Assembly: GCF_000219125.1 (NCBI RefSeq) | Contig: NZ_AFGF01000183.1 | Span: forward strand, 1 to 14,800 | Reading direction: 5' to 3' | Source: Acetonema longum DSM 6540 | GTDB taxonomy: Bacteria; Bacillota; Negativicutes; Sporomusales; Acetonemataceae | DNA length: 14,800 nucleotides | Shown here: positions 5,834-14,783 of the stretch, piece by piece | Numbering within the stretch: the stretch's first letter is position 1 | How the letters are laid out: each line of letters opens with the position of its first letter | Translations under genes and position numbers: made by a program | Notes under the pieces: generated by a model | Told to the model about the DNA's origin: nothing | What the model saw: the letters and a program-made list of their open reading frames with translations, nothing else | The model's database searches: none

Positions 5834-7306
5834 ATGGTACAGCAAAAAAATGAATTCTCGGAGCATATGTCCTTTGAATTCCTGGAATTATTGCGTAAGA
5901 AAAATCCGGCATGGCGATTATTGGCTTCGCCGCAGGCGCCTCTTGTTGCAGCTTTTCTTTATAAAGAATTCATTGCGGAAAACAAGCGATTGGTTGCTGA
6001 ACAGGAGTTGATCAGCCGCTTGGAAGGTTTTATCGACCGGCTAAGCCAGGGGCAAAATGAGCGCCTTTTTCCTAGAACAGGACGGGAATACCTGGATGAC
6101 TGGGCCGGTGATGAGCACGGTTGGCTGCGAAAGTTCTATCCTCCGGGGCAGGATGAACCCTATTTTGATGTAACCTCTCTGGCTCAGAAGGCCATTGAAT
6201 GGCTCTTGAGTTTAAGACAGCAAACCTTTATTGGTACAGAGTCGCGGTTAATCACAGTATTTGAGCTTTTGCACCAGATTGTGGAGCGTTCTGAAACGGA
6301 TCCCAAGCTGCGTTTGGCGGAACTGGAACGGCGAAAGGCGGAAATCGAACAGGAAATCATCCGAGTGCAAAACGGACAAGTAGCACTGTTAGATGAAACG
6401 CAAATCAAGGAACGCTTCTGGCAGGCGATGACAATAGCCCGAGAGATTCTGGCTGACTTTCGGGCTGTGGAACAGAATTTTCGGGACCTGGACCGGGGCA
6501 TGCGGGAACGGATTGCCACATGGGACCGGGGAAAAGGGGAGTTATTGGAAACCGTCTTTAGTGAACAGGATGGGATTGGGCAGTCGGAACAAGGGAAAAG
6601 TTTCGCTGCCTTCTGGAAATTTCTCATGTCCTCTTCCTATCAGGAGGATTTTCAGGATACTCTTGATAGGGCATTGCAGCTGAAAGCGGTGCACGAAATG
6701 AGTACGAGCCGGAATCTCCGGCATATTCACCATGACTGGGTGAACGCCGGCGCCCATGTTCAAGAGACGGTAGCCGTATTATCCCAGCAGTTGAGACGAT
6801 ATGTGGACGAGAATTTTTTGGAAGAAGAACGCCGGATCAACCAGATCATACGGGAAATCGAAGGAAAAGCTGTGGCCGTCCGCAATGACCCGCCGCAAGA
6901 ATGGGAAATGAAAATTGACGAGGTAGCTCCGGAAATTTCATTCCCTTTGGACAGGCCTCTGTTTACGCCTCCCCAACGACCGGAAATTAAAGACGACGTA
7001 ATCGGTGCCGGTGTGGAGGATGTGTCGGCGGAAGCGCTTTTTTCCCAGGTTTATGTGGATAAGGAAAAGTTAAAGGACCAGATTGGCTATCTGCTGCAGG
7101 CCCAGGACAGAATTACGCTGTCCCGGATCATTGAGCATTACCCGTTGGAATTGGGTTTAAGCGAGCTTGTAACTTATCTGGTCATTGCCAGCGAAAGTCC
7201 GCAGGCAGCCTTCTATCCGGAGGATGTGGAGGAAGTATCCTGGACCGATGAAACAGGAAAGAAAAAAGTGGCTAAGATGGCCAAAATTATTTTTCAGCGG
7301 ACTTAG
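5834..7306 (+). CDS. jetA: Wadjet JetA (DUF3375, MksF/kleisin-like), 490 aa
   Basis: N-terminal NPAWRLLASPQAPLVAAFLYKEFI matches the JetA family signature. It is followed by jetB, jetC and jetD in the canonical order. Confidence 0.85.
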   Translation: MVQQKNEFSEHMSFEFLELLRKKNPAWRLLASPQAPLVAAFLYKEFIAENKRLVAEQELISRLEGFIDRLSQGQNERLFPRTGREYLDDWAGDEHGWLRKFYPPGQDEPYFDVTSLAQKAIEWLLSLRQQTFIGTESRLITVFELLHQIVERSETDPKLRLAELERRKAEIEQEIIRVQNGQVALLDETQIKERFWQAMTIAREILADFRAVEQNFRDLDRGMRERIATWDRGKGELLETVFSEQDGIGQSEQGKSFAAFWKFLMSSSYQEDFQDTLDRALQLKAVHEMSTSRNLRHIHHDWVNAGAHVQETVAVLSQQLRRYVDENFLEEERRINQIIREIEGKAVAVRNDPPQEWEMKIDEVAPEISFPLDRPLFTPPQRPEIKDDVIGAGVEDVSAEALFSQVYVDKEKLKDQIGYLLQAQDRITLSRIIEHYPLELGLSELVTYLVIASESPQAAFYPEDVEEVSWTDETGKKKVAKMAKIIFQRT

Positions 7307-7330
7307 GACTGGTTTAGGGAGGTCAAAGGT

Positions 7331-7936
7331 ATGAATGTTTTGGATGATTTGGCATTTTCGAGGACTCTGGTGGCTCTCTTTAAAAACGTTATCTTTAAAG
7401 AAACAGACCCGGAAACTTGGGAAGTGATCTTGGCCCAGAAATATAAAATTGAGGATTATGTAAGCAAAGTCGGCCTCATCCTAATTGTTGACGAGATGGA
7501 TGGTTATGGGTATCTGAAACAGCGCCTTTACGGGGAAGGAGAGGAGGAGATTCCCCGTCTGGTGTCCCGTCATGCATTGAGTTATCCGGTCAGCCTCCTG
7601 CTTGTCCTGCTCCGAAAACAATTACTGGAGTTTGATTCAACTACAGGAGACCAGCGGCTCATCGTAACCAGGCAGCAGATTGCCGAACGGATGCAGTTGT
7701 TCCTGAAAGATACAACCAATGAAGCCAAAATGGTAGCGAATATTGACAACCATATTAAAAAGATTGAAGACATGGGTTTCTTGCGCCGTTTGCGGGGCAG
7801 CGAAGATAGTTTCGAAGTACAGCGCGTCCTTCGCAGTTTTGTCAATGCGGAATGGCTTCGTGATGTTAACGAACTGCTGGATAAGTATCGGGTTTATGCC
7901 GGCGGAGAGACAGGAGAAGGGGAGAGTCAGGAATGA
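7331..7936 (+). CDS. jetB: Wadjet JetB (DUF4194, MksE-like), 201 aa
   Basis: Size, position between jetA and jetC, acidic C-terminus, RBS GGGAGG, and a stop overlapping the jetC start (ATGA). Confidence 0.75.
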   Translation: MNVLDDLAFSRTLVALFKNVIFKETDPETWEVILAQKYKIEDYVSKVGLILIVDEMDGYGYLKQRLYGEGEEEIPRLVSRHALSYPVSLLLVLLRKQLLEFDSTTGDQRLIVTRQQIAERMQLFLKDTTNEAKMVANIDNHIKKIEDMGFLRRLRGSEDSFEVQRVLRSFVNAEWLRDVNELLDKYRVYAGGETGEGESQE

Positions 7937-10900
7937 GTTTGTTGAACTTGAAGCAGGAATATCCTGGGCTGCTCTTTGGCGCGACACCAGGTTTCCGGCT
8001 AGCCAAGCTGGAAGTGTTGAATTGGGGCACCTTTGACGGACAGGTCTGGACGTTTTCCCCCGGAGGGGAAACATCACTTTTGACTGGCGATGTGGGTTCG
8101 GGTAAATCTACTCTGGTCGATGCGCTGACAACCCTTCTGGTCGCGCCGCGAAAAGTAGCCTATAACAAAGCGGCTGATTCCAGTGCCAAGGAGCGTTCAA
8201 TCACGTCTTATGTCCGTGGTTACTTTGGTCAGAAGAAAAGCGCCGAAGGGACCGGCCAACCGGATTCTTTGAGGGATATGCAGCATTATTCCGTCTTGCT
8301 GGCGACCTTTCAGGACTCGGGTTTGTCCCAGTCTGTCACCTTAGCGCAGTTTTTTTGGTATCAGGATGCGCAGAAGCCACCGGCTCGTTTTTATGTTGTG
8401 GCTGATAAAGAAATGTGGATTACACAGGATTTTTCCAAGTTTGACAAGGATGTCCGCGAATTGAAAAAGCGTTTGAAAAATAGCGGTGTCCGGGTATTTG
8501 AGGATTATACCCGCTATGCGGAAGTTTTCCGCAGAAAATTTGGGATTGAACAGGAACAGGCCTTGGATTTATTTCAGCAGACTATTTCCATGAAAAAGGT
8601 GGAAGCCCTTACCGAGTTTGTACGGGCTAATATGCTGCAGGTTCCTAATACAGAAGAGGAAGTCGAGAAACTAAAAAATCATTTCCAAGATTTGAATAGT
8701 GCTCATGAGGCTGTTCTGAAGGCTAAGAGACAGATTGAACTGCTTCATCCCATTGCAGACCAGGGCAAACGCTGCGAACAGATGGATAACAGACAAAATC
8801 TGATGGAAAAGTCGCTCCGCGCCCTGAGTCCTTGGTTCGCGGAACAAACAGCGGCTTTGTTGACTGATGAAATCGCCAGGATTGAACAAGATCTGATTTT
8901 GGCTGCAGGGGCGCGGGAACAGGCGGAAATCAAACAACGAGAAATCGAAGAAAGTATCAAAAAGACCGAGCGAGATATTTACGCTAATGGCGGTGGGGCG
9001 TTGGAAGCATTAAAAGCTGAAATTGAGAACCTGCGCCAAATCCTTGATCACATTCGCAAAAACTGGGCAAACTATGCGAATTGTGCCGGAAAATTAAAAT
9101 TATCCATGCCAAAAACAGTGGACGATTTCATTAGCAACCGGTCAAAATTGCCGGAAATCAAGTCTAACGAAGAAACATTACAAGGTCGTTTGAATGCAGA
9201 CCTTCAGGCGGCTGCCGGGGAAACGGCCAGAGCGGAGAAAGAAACGCAGACAGTGGCTGAAGAACTGGAGTCTCTCCGTTCACGGAGAACAAGCATCCCC
9301 CGTGAATACATTGAGAAACGAAAACAACTCTGCCGAGATTTGAAGCTTGAGGAAACGGAACTCCCCTTTGCCGGCGAATTATTGGAAGTCAGGGAAGAAG
9401 AAGCCGGTTGGGAAGGCGCGATTGAAAGACTCCTGCATAATTTTGGCCTCTCGATGCTTGTGCCCGAAAAGCACTATCCGGCTGTCATGAGATGGGTGGA
9501 CCAGACGATGCTGGGAATAAGACTGGTCTATTACCGGGTATCCGAAACGTCACAGCCTGTTTCCGGTCAGCCGCATCCTGCGGCCGTATCGGAAAAGCTG
9601 AACATTAAGCCGAATACCTCCTTTGGCATTTGGCTGACCAGGGAACTCCGCCAGCGTTTCTCCCATGTTTGCTGCGAAGGCAGGGAGCAATTCAGCCGCG
9701 AATCGCTGGCCATTACCCAGGCCGGACAGATTAAGTCAAAAGGCAACCGGCATGAAAAAGACGATCGATACGCAATTGATGACCGCCGCCGTTACATCCT
9801 GGGATTTTCCAATCAGAAAAAAATTGAGGTCTTAGAGGCAAATGAGCAGGAACTCAAAGCAGAGATCCGATTCTACCGGGACGAAATCGACAATATTCGC
9901 AAGCAGCAAAAGGAAAGCCAGGAGCGGTTAAACGCTGCCGTCACTATGGAAGGAATCACCGGTTTTGCCGACATTGATACCCGTTCCAAGGAAAAAGAAA
10001 TCGATGAAAAAGAAGAGCGAAGAAAGAGAATAGAACAAGGAAGCGATGTGCTGCAAGAACTGCAGCACCGGTTGACTGAACTGGAGGAAATGAAGAAAAC
10101 TCAGGAAGATGTTTTAAAAAAGGCTGGCAAAAAGGAGACAACGCTTGAAAACAGGCTGGGAAGCCTTACTCAAGATAAGGAGCGGGCGGATGCAACCGCT
10201 GCGGAAACTGCGCCGGCAATGAAGGAAGAGGAATATCCCTTTTTAGAAAAAAACAAAGGCACGGCTTTGCAAAATAAGAAAGTAACCCTGGAAAGCAGAA
10301 TCGCGCTGGAACGGGATTACCGGGACTGGCTTGAGAAAGAACGCGGCATATTGGCAAGGGAGATTAGTCAGCTAAGAGGAAAAATTATCAAGGCCATGTC
10401 CGAATACAACAATCAGTACGCCGAAGAAACAAGAGAAGTGGATCCAAGTATGGAAAGCCTTCCGGAATATAACCGCATGCTGGCGCAACTGGAAAGCGAC
10501 GGATTGCCCCGGTTTGAAAAGCGGTTTAAGCAATTATTGCATGAAAACACGATCAATCAGATTGCCTTATTCCAGGCCAAATTAAAGCAGGAACAAGATA
10601 CTATTAAAAGTCGGATTGAACAAATCAACGGCTCTTTGAGCGCCATTGACTATGACGAAGGCCGCTATATCCGTCTGGAACATGACGAAACCTATGACAG
10701 CGATATCAAGGCTTTCCGGGTACAGCTGAAAGCCTGTACGGAAGGGGCCTTGACCGGATCCAGCGATGATCAATACGCGGAGACGAAGTTCCTGCAGGTG
10801 AAAGCTATCATTGAACGTTTCCGGGGCAGGCCCGGCGAGACGGAAAGCGATGCGCGCTGGACTAAAAAGGTGATTGACGTACGCAACTGGTTTTTATTCG

Positions 10901-11334
10901 CCGCTTCGGAACGGTGGCGCGAAACTGATGAGGAATATGAGCATTATACGGATTCGGGCGGAAAATCAGGCGGTCAGAAAGAAAAATTGGCTTATACGAT
11001 TCTCGCGGCTAGTCTGGTCTACCATTTCGGCTTGGAGGGACAGGATTCCCGGCCGCAATCCTTCCGTTTTGTCGTCATCGACGAGGCTTTTCTGAAGAGC
11101 TCGGACGAGTCGGCGCGGTTTGGGCTGGAACTGTTTAAAAAGCTGGATCTACAGCTGCTGATTGTCACGCCGTTGCTTAAGATCCCCACCATTGCTCACT
11201 TCATTGCTCATGTAGGCTTTGTGCATCATGATGATATCAGACATCGGTCCATGCTGCGAAATATCTCCATTGAAGAATACGAGCAGGAACGGAAGGCCCG
11301 GGAGGTAGCGCGCTATGTCCACCGGGTGGTCTGA
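7933..11334 (+). CDS. jetC: Wadjet JetC, SMC/MukB-like ATPase, 1133 aa
   Basis: Motifs present: N-terminal LEVLNWGTFDG, Walker A GDVGSGKST, long coiled-coil middle, ABC signature SGGKSGGQKEKLAYT, Walker B FRFVVIDEAF, and D-loop region LQLLIVTP. Confidence 0.9.
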   Translation: MSLLNLKQEYPGLLFGATPGFRLAKLEVLNWGTFDGQVWTFSPGGETSLLTGDVGSGKSTLVDALTTLLVAPRKVAYNKAADSSAKERSITSYVRGYFGQKKSAEGTGQPDSLRDMQHYSVLLATFQDSGLSQSVTLAQFFWYQDAQKPPARFYVVADKEMWITQDFSKFDKDVRELKKRLKNSGVRVFEDYTRYAEVFRRKFGIEQEQALDLFQQTISMKKVEALTEFVRANMLQVPNTEEEVEKLKNHFQDLNSAHEAVLKAKRQIELLHPIADQGKRCEQMDNRQNLMEKSLRALSPWFAEQTAALLTDEIARIEQDLILAAGAREQAEIKQREIEESIKKTERDIYANGGGALEALKAEIENLRQILDHIRKNWANYANCAGKLKLSMPKTVDDFISNRSKLPEIKSNEETLQGRLNADLQAAAGETARAEKETQTVAEELESLRSRRTSIPREYIEKRKQLCRDLKLEETELPFAGELLEVREEEAGWEGAIERLLHNFGLSMLVPEKHYPAVMRWVDQTMLGIRLVYYRVSETSQPVSGQPHPAAVSEKLNIKPNTSFGIWLTRELRQRFSHVCCEGREQFSRESLAITQAGQIKSKGNRHEKDDRYAIDDRRRYILGFSNQKKIEVLEANEQELKAEIRFYRDEIDNIRKQQKESQERLNAAVTMEGITGFADIDTRSKEKEIDEKEERRKRIEQGSDVLQELQHRLTELEEMKKTQEDVLKKAGKKETTLENRLGSLTQDKERADATAAETAPAMKEEEYPFLEKNKGTALQNKKVTLESRIALERDYRDWLEKERGILAREISQLRGKIIKAMSEYNNQYAEETREVDPSMESLPEYNRMLAQLESDGLPRFEKRFKQLLHENTINQIALFQAKLKQEQDTIKSRIEQINGSLSAIDYDEGRYIRLEHDETYDSDIKAFRVQLKACTEGALTGSSDDQYAETKFLQVKAIIERFRGRPGETESDARWTKKVIDVRNWFLFAASERWRETDEEYEHYTDSGGKSGGQKEKLAYTILAASLVYHFGLEGQDSRPQSFRFVVIDEAFLKSSDESARFGLELFKKLDLQLLIVTPLLKIPTIAHFIAHVGFVHHDDIRHRSMLRNISIEEYEQERKAREVARYVHRVV

Positions 11335-12493
11335 TCCGCAATGGATCCGGGAAGAACTGAGAAAGAAATGGGATTCTGGCAAGATTCTGCAGGCGCTGCT
11401 CATAGAGGAGGATTTATTTCCTCTCCGTTTACCGCTGAAAAGACCGAAAAGCAACGATGTGAACGAAAACTTTGCTGAAATTTCCCGTTGGATTAGACAG
11501 CTTAGGGATCATAGCAAGCAGAATACGGGTTTTGGCTATGAACTGATCGAGAAGGAAATGGTGCATCGCCAGTCCGGTCGCAATCTTCTGCCGACCCATG
11601 CCGTTGTTCCGACAGTGCGGGATGCCCTGCGCCTGATGAAAAAAGAGCGGGAAGCGGACAGATTCCTGGAGATTCTCGGGAGATTGTCGGCGGAATGGCC
11701 CGCATTACTGGAATGGGCCGGTAGACACCCTCATAAGGTACTGGCTGTCGGCGACGACTGGACAGGCATATTGGCTGTCTTGAAATGGTTTTCACTGAAT
11801 CCCAATTGCCAATTATATATGCGGCAATTGGATATTCCCGGCATTGACACCAAGTTTATTGAACAGCGAAAGGGAATTTTAACGGAACTACTGAATATCG
11901 TTTTGCCGGAAGAGACAATTAACCACAGCGCCACTTCTTTTGAGCAACGATTCGGATTGCGGGTCAAGCCGGTCCAGATAAGAATGCGATTGCTGGATCA
12001 GGCGCAATATATTCAGGGTCTTTCTGATCTGACAATTCCGGTGGAGCAGCTGATACTGCTAAAACCTGATGTAACCCGGGTCTTTATTACCGAGAATGAA
12101 ATCAACGGACTATGCTTTCCGGACGCCGGAAGCAGTCTGGTGATCTTCGGACTGGGATACAGTGTGGATGTATTGAAGGCTGTTACCTGGTTACAGGAGA
12201 AAGAAATCTATTATTGGGGCGATATTGATACCCACGGATTGGCCATTTTGGACCAAGTCCGAAGTTTCCTGCCGCAGACTTGTTCGATGCTCATGGATGA
12301 AAACACCCTGCTCAAGTACCGCGATCTCTGGAGCGTGGAAGATAAACCTTTTTTGGGGAAAGTCACTCGGTTAACCTCGGATGAAAATCAGCTACTCTGT
12401 TCACTTCAAAACAATAGGTGGGGCAAGGGCGTCCGGTTAGAGCAAGAGCGAGTTTCTTTTCAGCAGGTGAAGCAGTTCCTTTCAACTCTTTAA
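11315..12493 (+). CDS. jetD: Wadjet JetD (DUF2220, topoisomerase-VI/Toprim-like nuclease subunit), 392 aa
   Basis: Toprim motifs are present: VFITENEINGL (catalytic Glu) and YYWGDIDTHGLAIL (DxD). It overlaps the jetC 3' end by 20 nt. Confidence 0.85.
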   Translation: MSTGWSDPQWIREELRKKWDSGKILQALLIEEDLFPLRLPLKRPKSNDVNENFAEISRWIRQLRDHSKQNTGFGYELIEKEMVHRQSGRNLLPTHAVVPTVRDALRLMKKEREADRFLEILGRLSAEWPALLEWAGRHPHKVLAVGDDWTGILAVLKWFSLNPNCQLYMRQLDIPGIDTKFIEQRKGILTELLNIVLPEETINHSATSFEQRFGLRVKPVQIRMRLLDQAQYIQGLSDLTIPVEQLILLKPDVTRVFITENEINGLCFPDAGSSLVIFGLGYSVDVLKAVTWLQEKEIYYWGDIDTHGLAILDQVRSFLPQTCSMLMDENTLLKYRDLWSVEDKPFLGKVTRLTSDENQLLCSLQNNRWGKGVRLEQERVSFQQVKQFLSTL

Positions 12494-12558
12494 CCTACTT
12501 CAGCACAAGAAGTAAAGGAGAATATTCGCCTCCAATTTGAGAATCCAAGGCTGTCCAA

Positions 12559-12591
12559 AAGTAATGGCAGAGTTGTCCCATTATATGCCAT
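12559..12591. repeat. 8-9 bp inverted repeat GTAATGGCA … TGCCATTA(A) with a 16-nt spacer at the jetD/Fic junction
   Basis: Read directly: 12559-12567 and 12584-12591. Confidence 0.3.
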
Positions 12592-12702
12592 TAAATACCA
12601 AAGACAGAGCCTCTGTTCCGGGCCTATGCGTCATCCGGTGCGGCGGCTCTTCTTTTAGCTGCTGTTCATCAGCTATTACCCCCTTGTCACCCGCTATACA
12701 GC

Positions 12703-13278
12703 ATGGAAGATTTGTTCGGTTGGGCGAAAGCCTCGGAACTGCACCCCGTGCTGAAAAGCGCGATTCTGCATTATGAAATCGAAACCATCCATCCGTTTTC
12801 GGACGGTAACGGTCGTATGGGCCGGTTATGGCAAACGCTCCTGCTCGCCAAATGGAACGCAATTTTCGCGTGGATACCGATGGAATCGGTGCTGTACCAA
12901 AATAGGCCGCAGTACTATCAGGCGATTGAAAACGCAAGCAAAGCCAACGATTCCGGCGTGTTCATTGAATTTACGCTTTCCGCGATTTATGAAATCATCG
13001 CAGAACAAGCAAAGCACCAAGTTAAGCACGAAGATAAGCACCAAGTCGAACTCTCCGACACGCAGCTTGCCGTGCTGAACGCGCTTAAAAATAAGACTTT
13101 ATCGCGCAAAGATATATTTGCCGCAATCGGAATGAACGGCGATTCACGCTCGTTCAAGCGGCACATCGAGCCGCTCTTAGACGAGGGCTTAATAGAAATG
13201 ACCGTACCCGACAAGCCGAACAGCCGAATGCAAAAGTATCGGCTGGCCGAAGCGGGCAAGGAAAGAGTAAAGGAATAA
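12703..13278 (+). pseudogene. Fic/DOC family protein lacking the N-terminal ~150 aa; the Fic motif and C-terminal winged-helix are retained
   Basis: HPFSDGNGRMGRLW is the Fic consensus HPFx(D/E)GNGRxxR. The C-terminal wHTH reads …KYRLAEAGKERV. The motif sits only ~35 aa from the ORF start. An in-frame stop at 12592 and non-Fic-like sequence upstream indicate 5' truncation. Confidence 0.6.
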
Positions 13279-13293
13279 GCCGGAGGCTTAGAT

Positions 13294-13512
13294 ATGCTGT
13301 CAGACACAATCAAATATGGCAGACATCATCGCTCGATACTCCATTTTTGTGTTCAAATTTTCAATTTAGGGGAATGGTTATTGCTGGTAGAGCAGATTTA
13401 TCGGACGATGAAGATTGGAGGGGAGAACCGTATCAGAGCTAACGGCAAAAAAATAGTCGAAGTTCCTGCAAAGATTTTGATATTTGCAGGAACTTTTGTA
13501 TTTATAAGGTAA
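13294..13512 (+). CDS. Hypothetical small protein (72 aa) with a good SD (GGAGG, 7-nt spacer); its 3' end runs through the terminator hairpin
   Basis: The RBS is seen directly. No recognisable family, so it may be spurious. Confidence 0.25.
   Translation: MLSDTIKYGRHHRSILHFCVQIFNLGEWLLLVEQIYRTMKIGGENRIRANGKKIVEVPAKILIFAGTFVFIR
13460..13505. terminator. Bidirectional intrinsic terminator: perfect 13-bp inverted repeat (AAGTTCCTGCAAA / TTTGCAGGAACTT, 10-nt loop), followed by TTTTGTATTT on + and preceded by A7 (T7 on the minus strand)
   Basis: Read directly from sequence. Confidence 0.5.
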
Positions 13513-13568
13513 TTTATTTATATAAAACCAGGCGCTACGTGCGCTAAAATAAGTGAAGGTGATCTGAG

Positions 13569-13787
13569 ATGAATCTGGAAGAGAAAATCATTTTATATAC
13601 AACAGACAGCGGTAATGTGAGCGTTTCGGTACGCTTCGAAAACGGAAACTTCTGGATGATCCAGAAAGCGATTGCGGAGTTATTTGAAACAGACCGCAGT
13701 GTCATTACGAAACATCTCTCGAACATCTATGCGAGGAAGAACTGGATAAGGAGTCAACCTGTGCAAAATTTGCACAGGTTCAAATAA
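13569..13787 (+). pseudogene. N-terminal fragment (72 aa) of a RhuM / Fic-DOC N-terminal-domain family protein
   Basis: MNLEEKIILYTTDSGNVSVSVRFENGNFWMIQKAIAELFETDRSVITKHLSNIY matches the conserved N-terminus of virulence-RhuM/Fic-DOC family proteins (full length ~330 aa). The ORF stops shortly afterwards. Confidence 0.5.
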
Positions 13788-13821
13788 AAGCTAATCGTGA
13801 GGTTTCGACAGGAGGTAAACT

Positions 13822-14361
13822 ATGCCCAGACCTGCAGCCAAGCCGGACTTGATCAAGGCGGCTAACGAACAATTTGAGAAGATGTGGAAGCTCATCGGCT
13901 CTATGACAAACGACGGGCAGAACGCAGCGTTCAATTTCGGCGACGATATCGGCACAGAAGCGCACTGGAAACGCGATAAAAATCTGCGTGACGTGCTTGT
14001 CCATCTGTATGAATGGCACCAGTTGCTGCTGGACTGGGTGAACGCCAACCGGAGCGGCAAAGCAAAGTCGTTTTTGCCCGCGCCTTACAACTGGAGAACA
14101 TACGGTGATATGAACGTGGAGTTTTGGAAGAAACACCAGTCCACACCTTATGAGACATCCAAGGAGATGCTCCGCGAGAGCCACGAGAAAGTCATGGTGT
14201 TAATTGACGGCTTCTCCAACGAGGAACTGTTTGAAAAGGGATGCTTGCCTTGGGCTGGAACGTCAACTCTCGGAAGCTACTGCGTTTCCGAAACGTCGAG
14301 CCATTACGACTGGGCGATAAAAAAGATTAAGGCGCACATCAAGACATACAAGGCTTCATGA
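13822..14361 (+). CDS. ClbS/DfsB family protein (DUF1706), 179 aa
   Basis: The N-terminus MPRPAAKPDLIKAANEQFEKMWKLIGSMT closely parallels ClbS (…SKEELIKAINSNF…LESIT). HLYEWHQLLLDW and FSNEELF correspond to ClbS FSNDELY. Strong RBS AGGAGGT. Confidence 0.8.
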   Translation: MPRPAAKPDLIKAANEQFEKMWKLIGSMTNDGQNAAFNFGDDIGTEAHWKRDKNLRDVLVHLYEWHQLLLDWVNANRSGKAKSFLPAPYNWRTYGDMNVEFWKKHQSTPYETSKEMLRESHEKVMVLIDGFSNEELFEKGCLPWAGTSTLGSYCVSETSSHYDWAIKKIKAHIKTYKAS

Positions 14362-14783
14362 TGCACTATACCGATTACAAAACTATCCTCTCCCCACAGA
14401 AAGGAATAAACCTGTATCGTGGCTGCTCGCACGGCTGCATCTATTGCGATAGCCGGAGTGCCTGTTATCAGATAAACCACGACTTCGAAGACATCGAGGT
14501 GAAGCGCGACGCCCCGCGAATCCTTGAAGCGCAGCTTCGCCGCATAAGGAAACCGTGCATGATTAGCACCGGAGCGATGTGTGACCCATACCTTCCCTTG
14601 GAAGATGATTTGCAGATAACGCGGGAATGTCTCGCACTGATTGAAAAATATGGCTTCGGCCTGGCGGTTCTGACGAAATCCGCTCGAATACTGCGGGATT
14701 TAGATATTCTGACGGCAATTAACGCAAAGACGAAATCGGAAAGTTTCGAAGCTGTCACACCCCGATGGAGACCTATCAGATAG
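14358..14783 (+). CDS. Radical SAM protein of the SPL / COG1533 DNA-repair-photolyase-like family; only the N-terminal 141 aa before a stop 17 nt from the window edge, possibly disrupted
   Basis: Motif INLYRGCSHGCIYCDSRS (CxxxCxxC). The start ATGA overlaps the ClbS-like stop. Typical family members are ~300 aa, and this ORF stops where conserved downstream motifs would be expected. Confidence 0.55.
   Translation: MMHYTDYKTILSPQKGINLYRGCSHGCIYCDSRSACYQINHDFEDIEVKRDAPRILEAQLRRIRKPCMISTGAMCDPYLPLEDDLQITRECLALIEKYGFGLAVLTKSARILRDLDILTAINAKTKSESFEAVTPRWRPIR

Noticed and set aside
12537-12776. ORF 12537-12776 (+) as the missing N-terminal part of the Fic gene (frameshift model)
   Set aside because: Its translation (MRIQGCPKVMAELSHYMPLNTKDRASVPG…) bears no resemblance to Fic N-terminal regions. 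The third frame is closed by stops as well. Simple 5' truncation is the more economical explanation.
497-14758. Minus-strand ORFs of 60-147 aa (for example 1111-1440, 6184-6627, 7637-8077, 12581-12937, 13780-14184)
   Set aside because: All of them lie antisense inside + strand genes that have clear family signatures. They have no RBS and low-complexity Ser/Arg/Cys-rich translations, so they are shadow ORFs.
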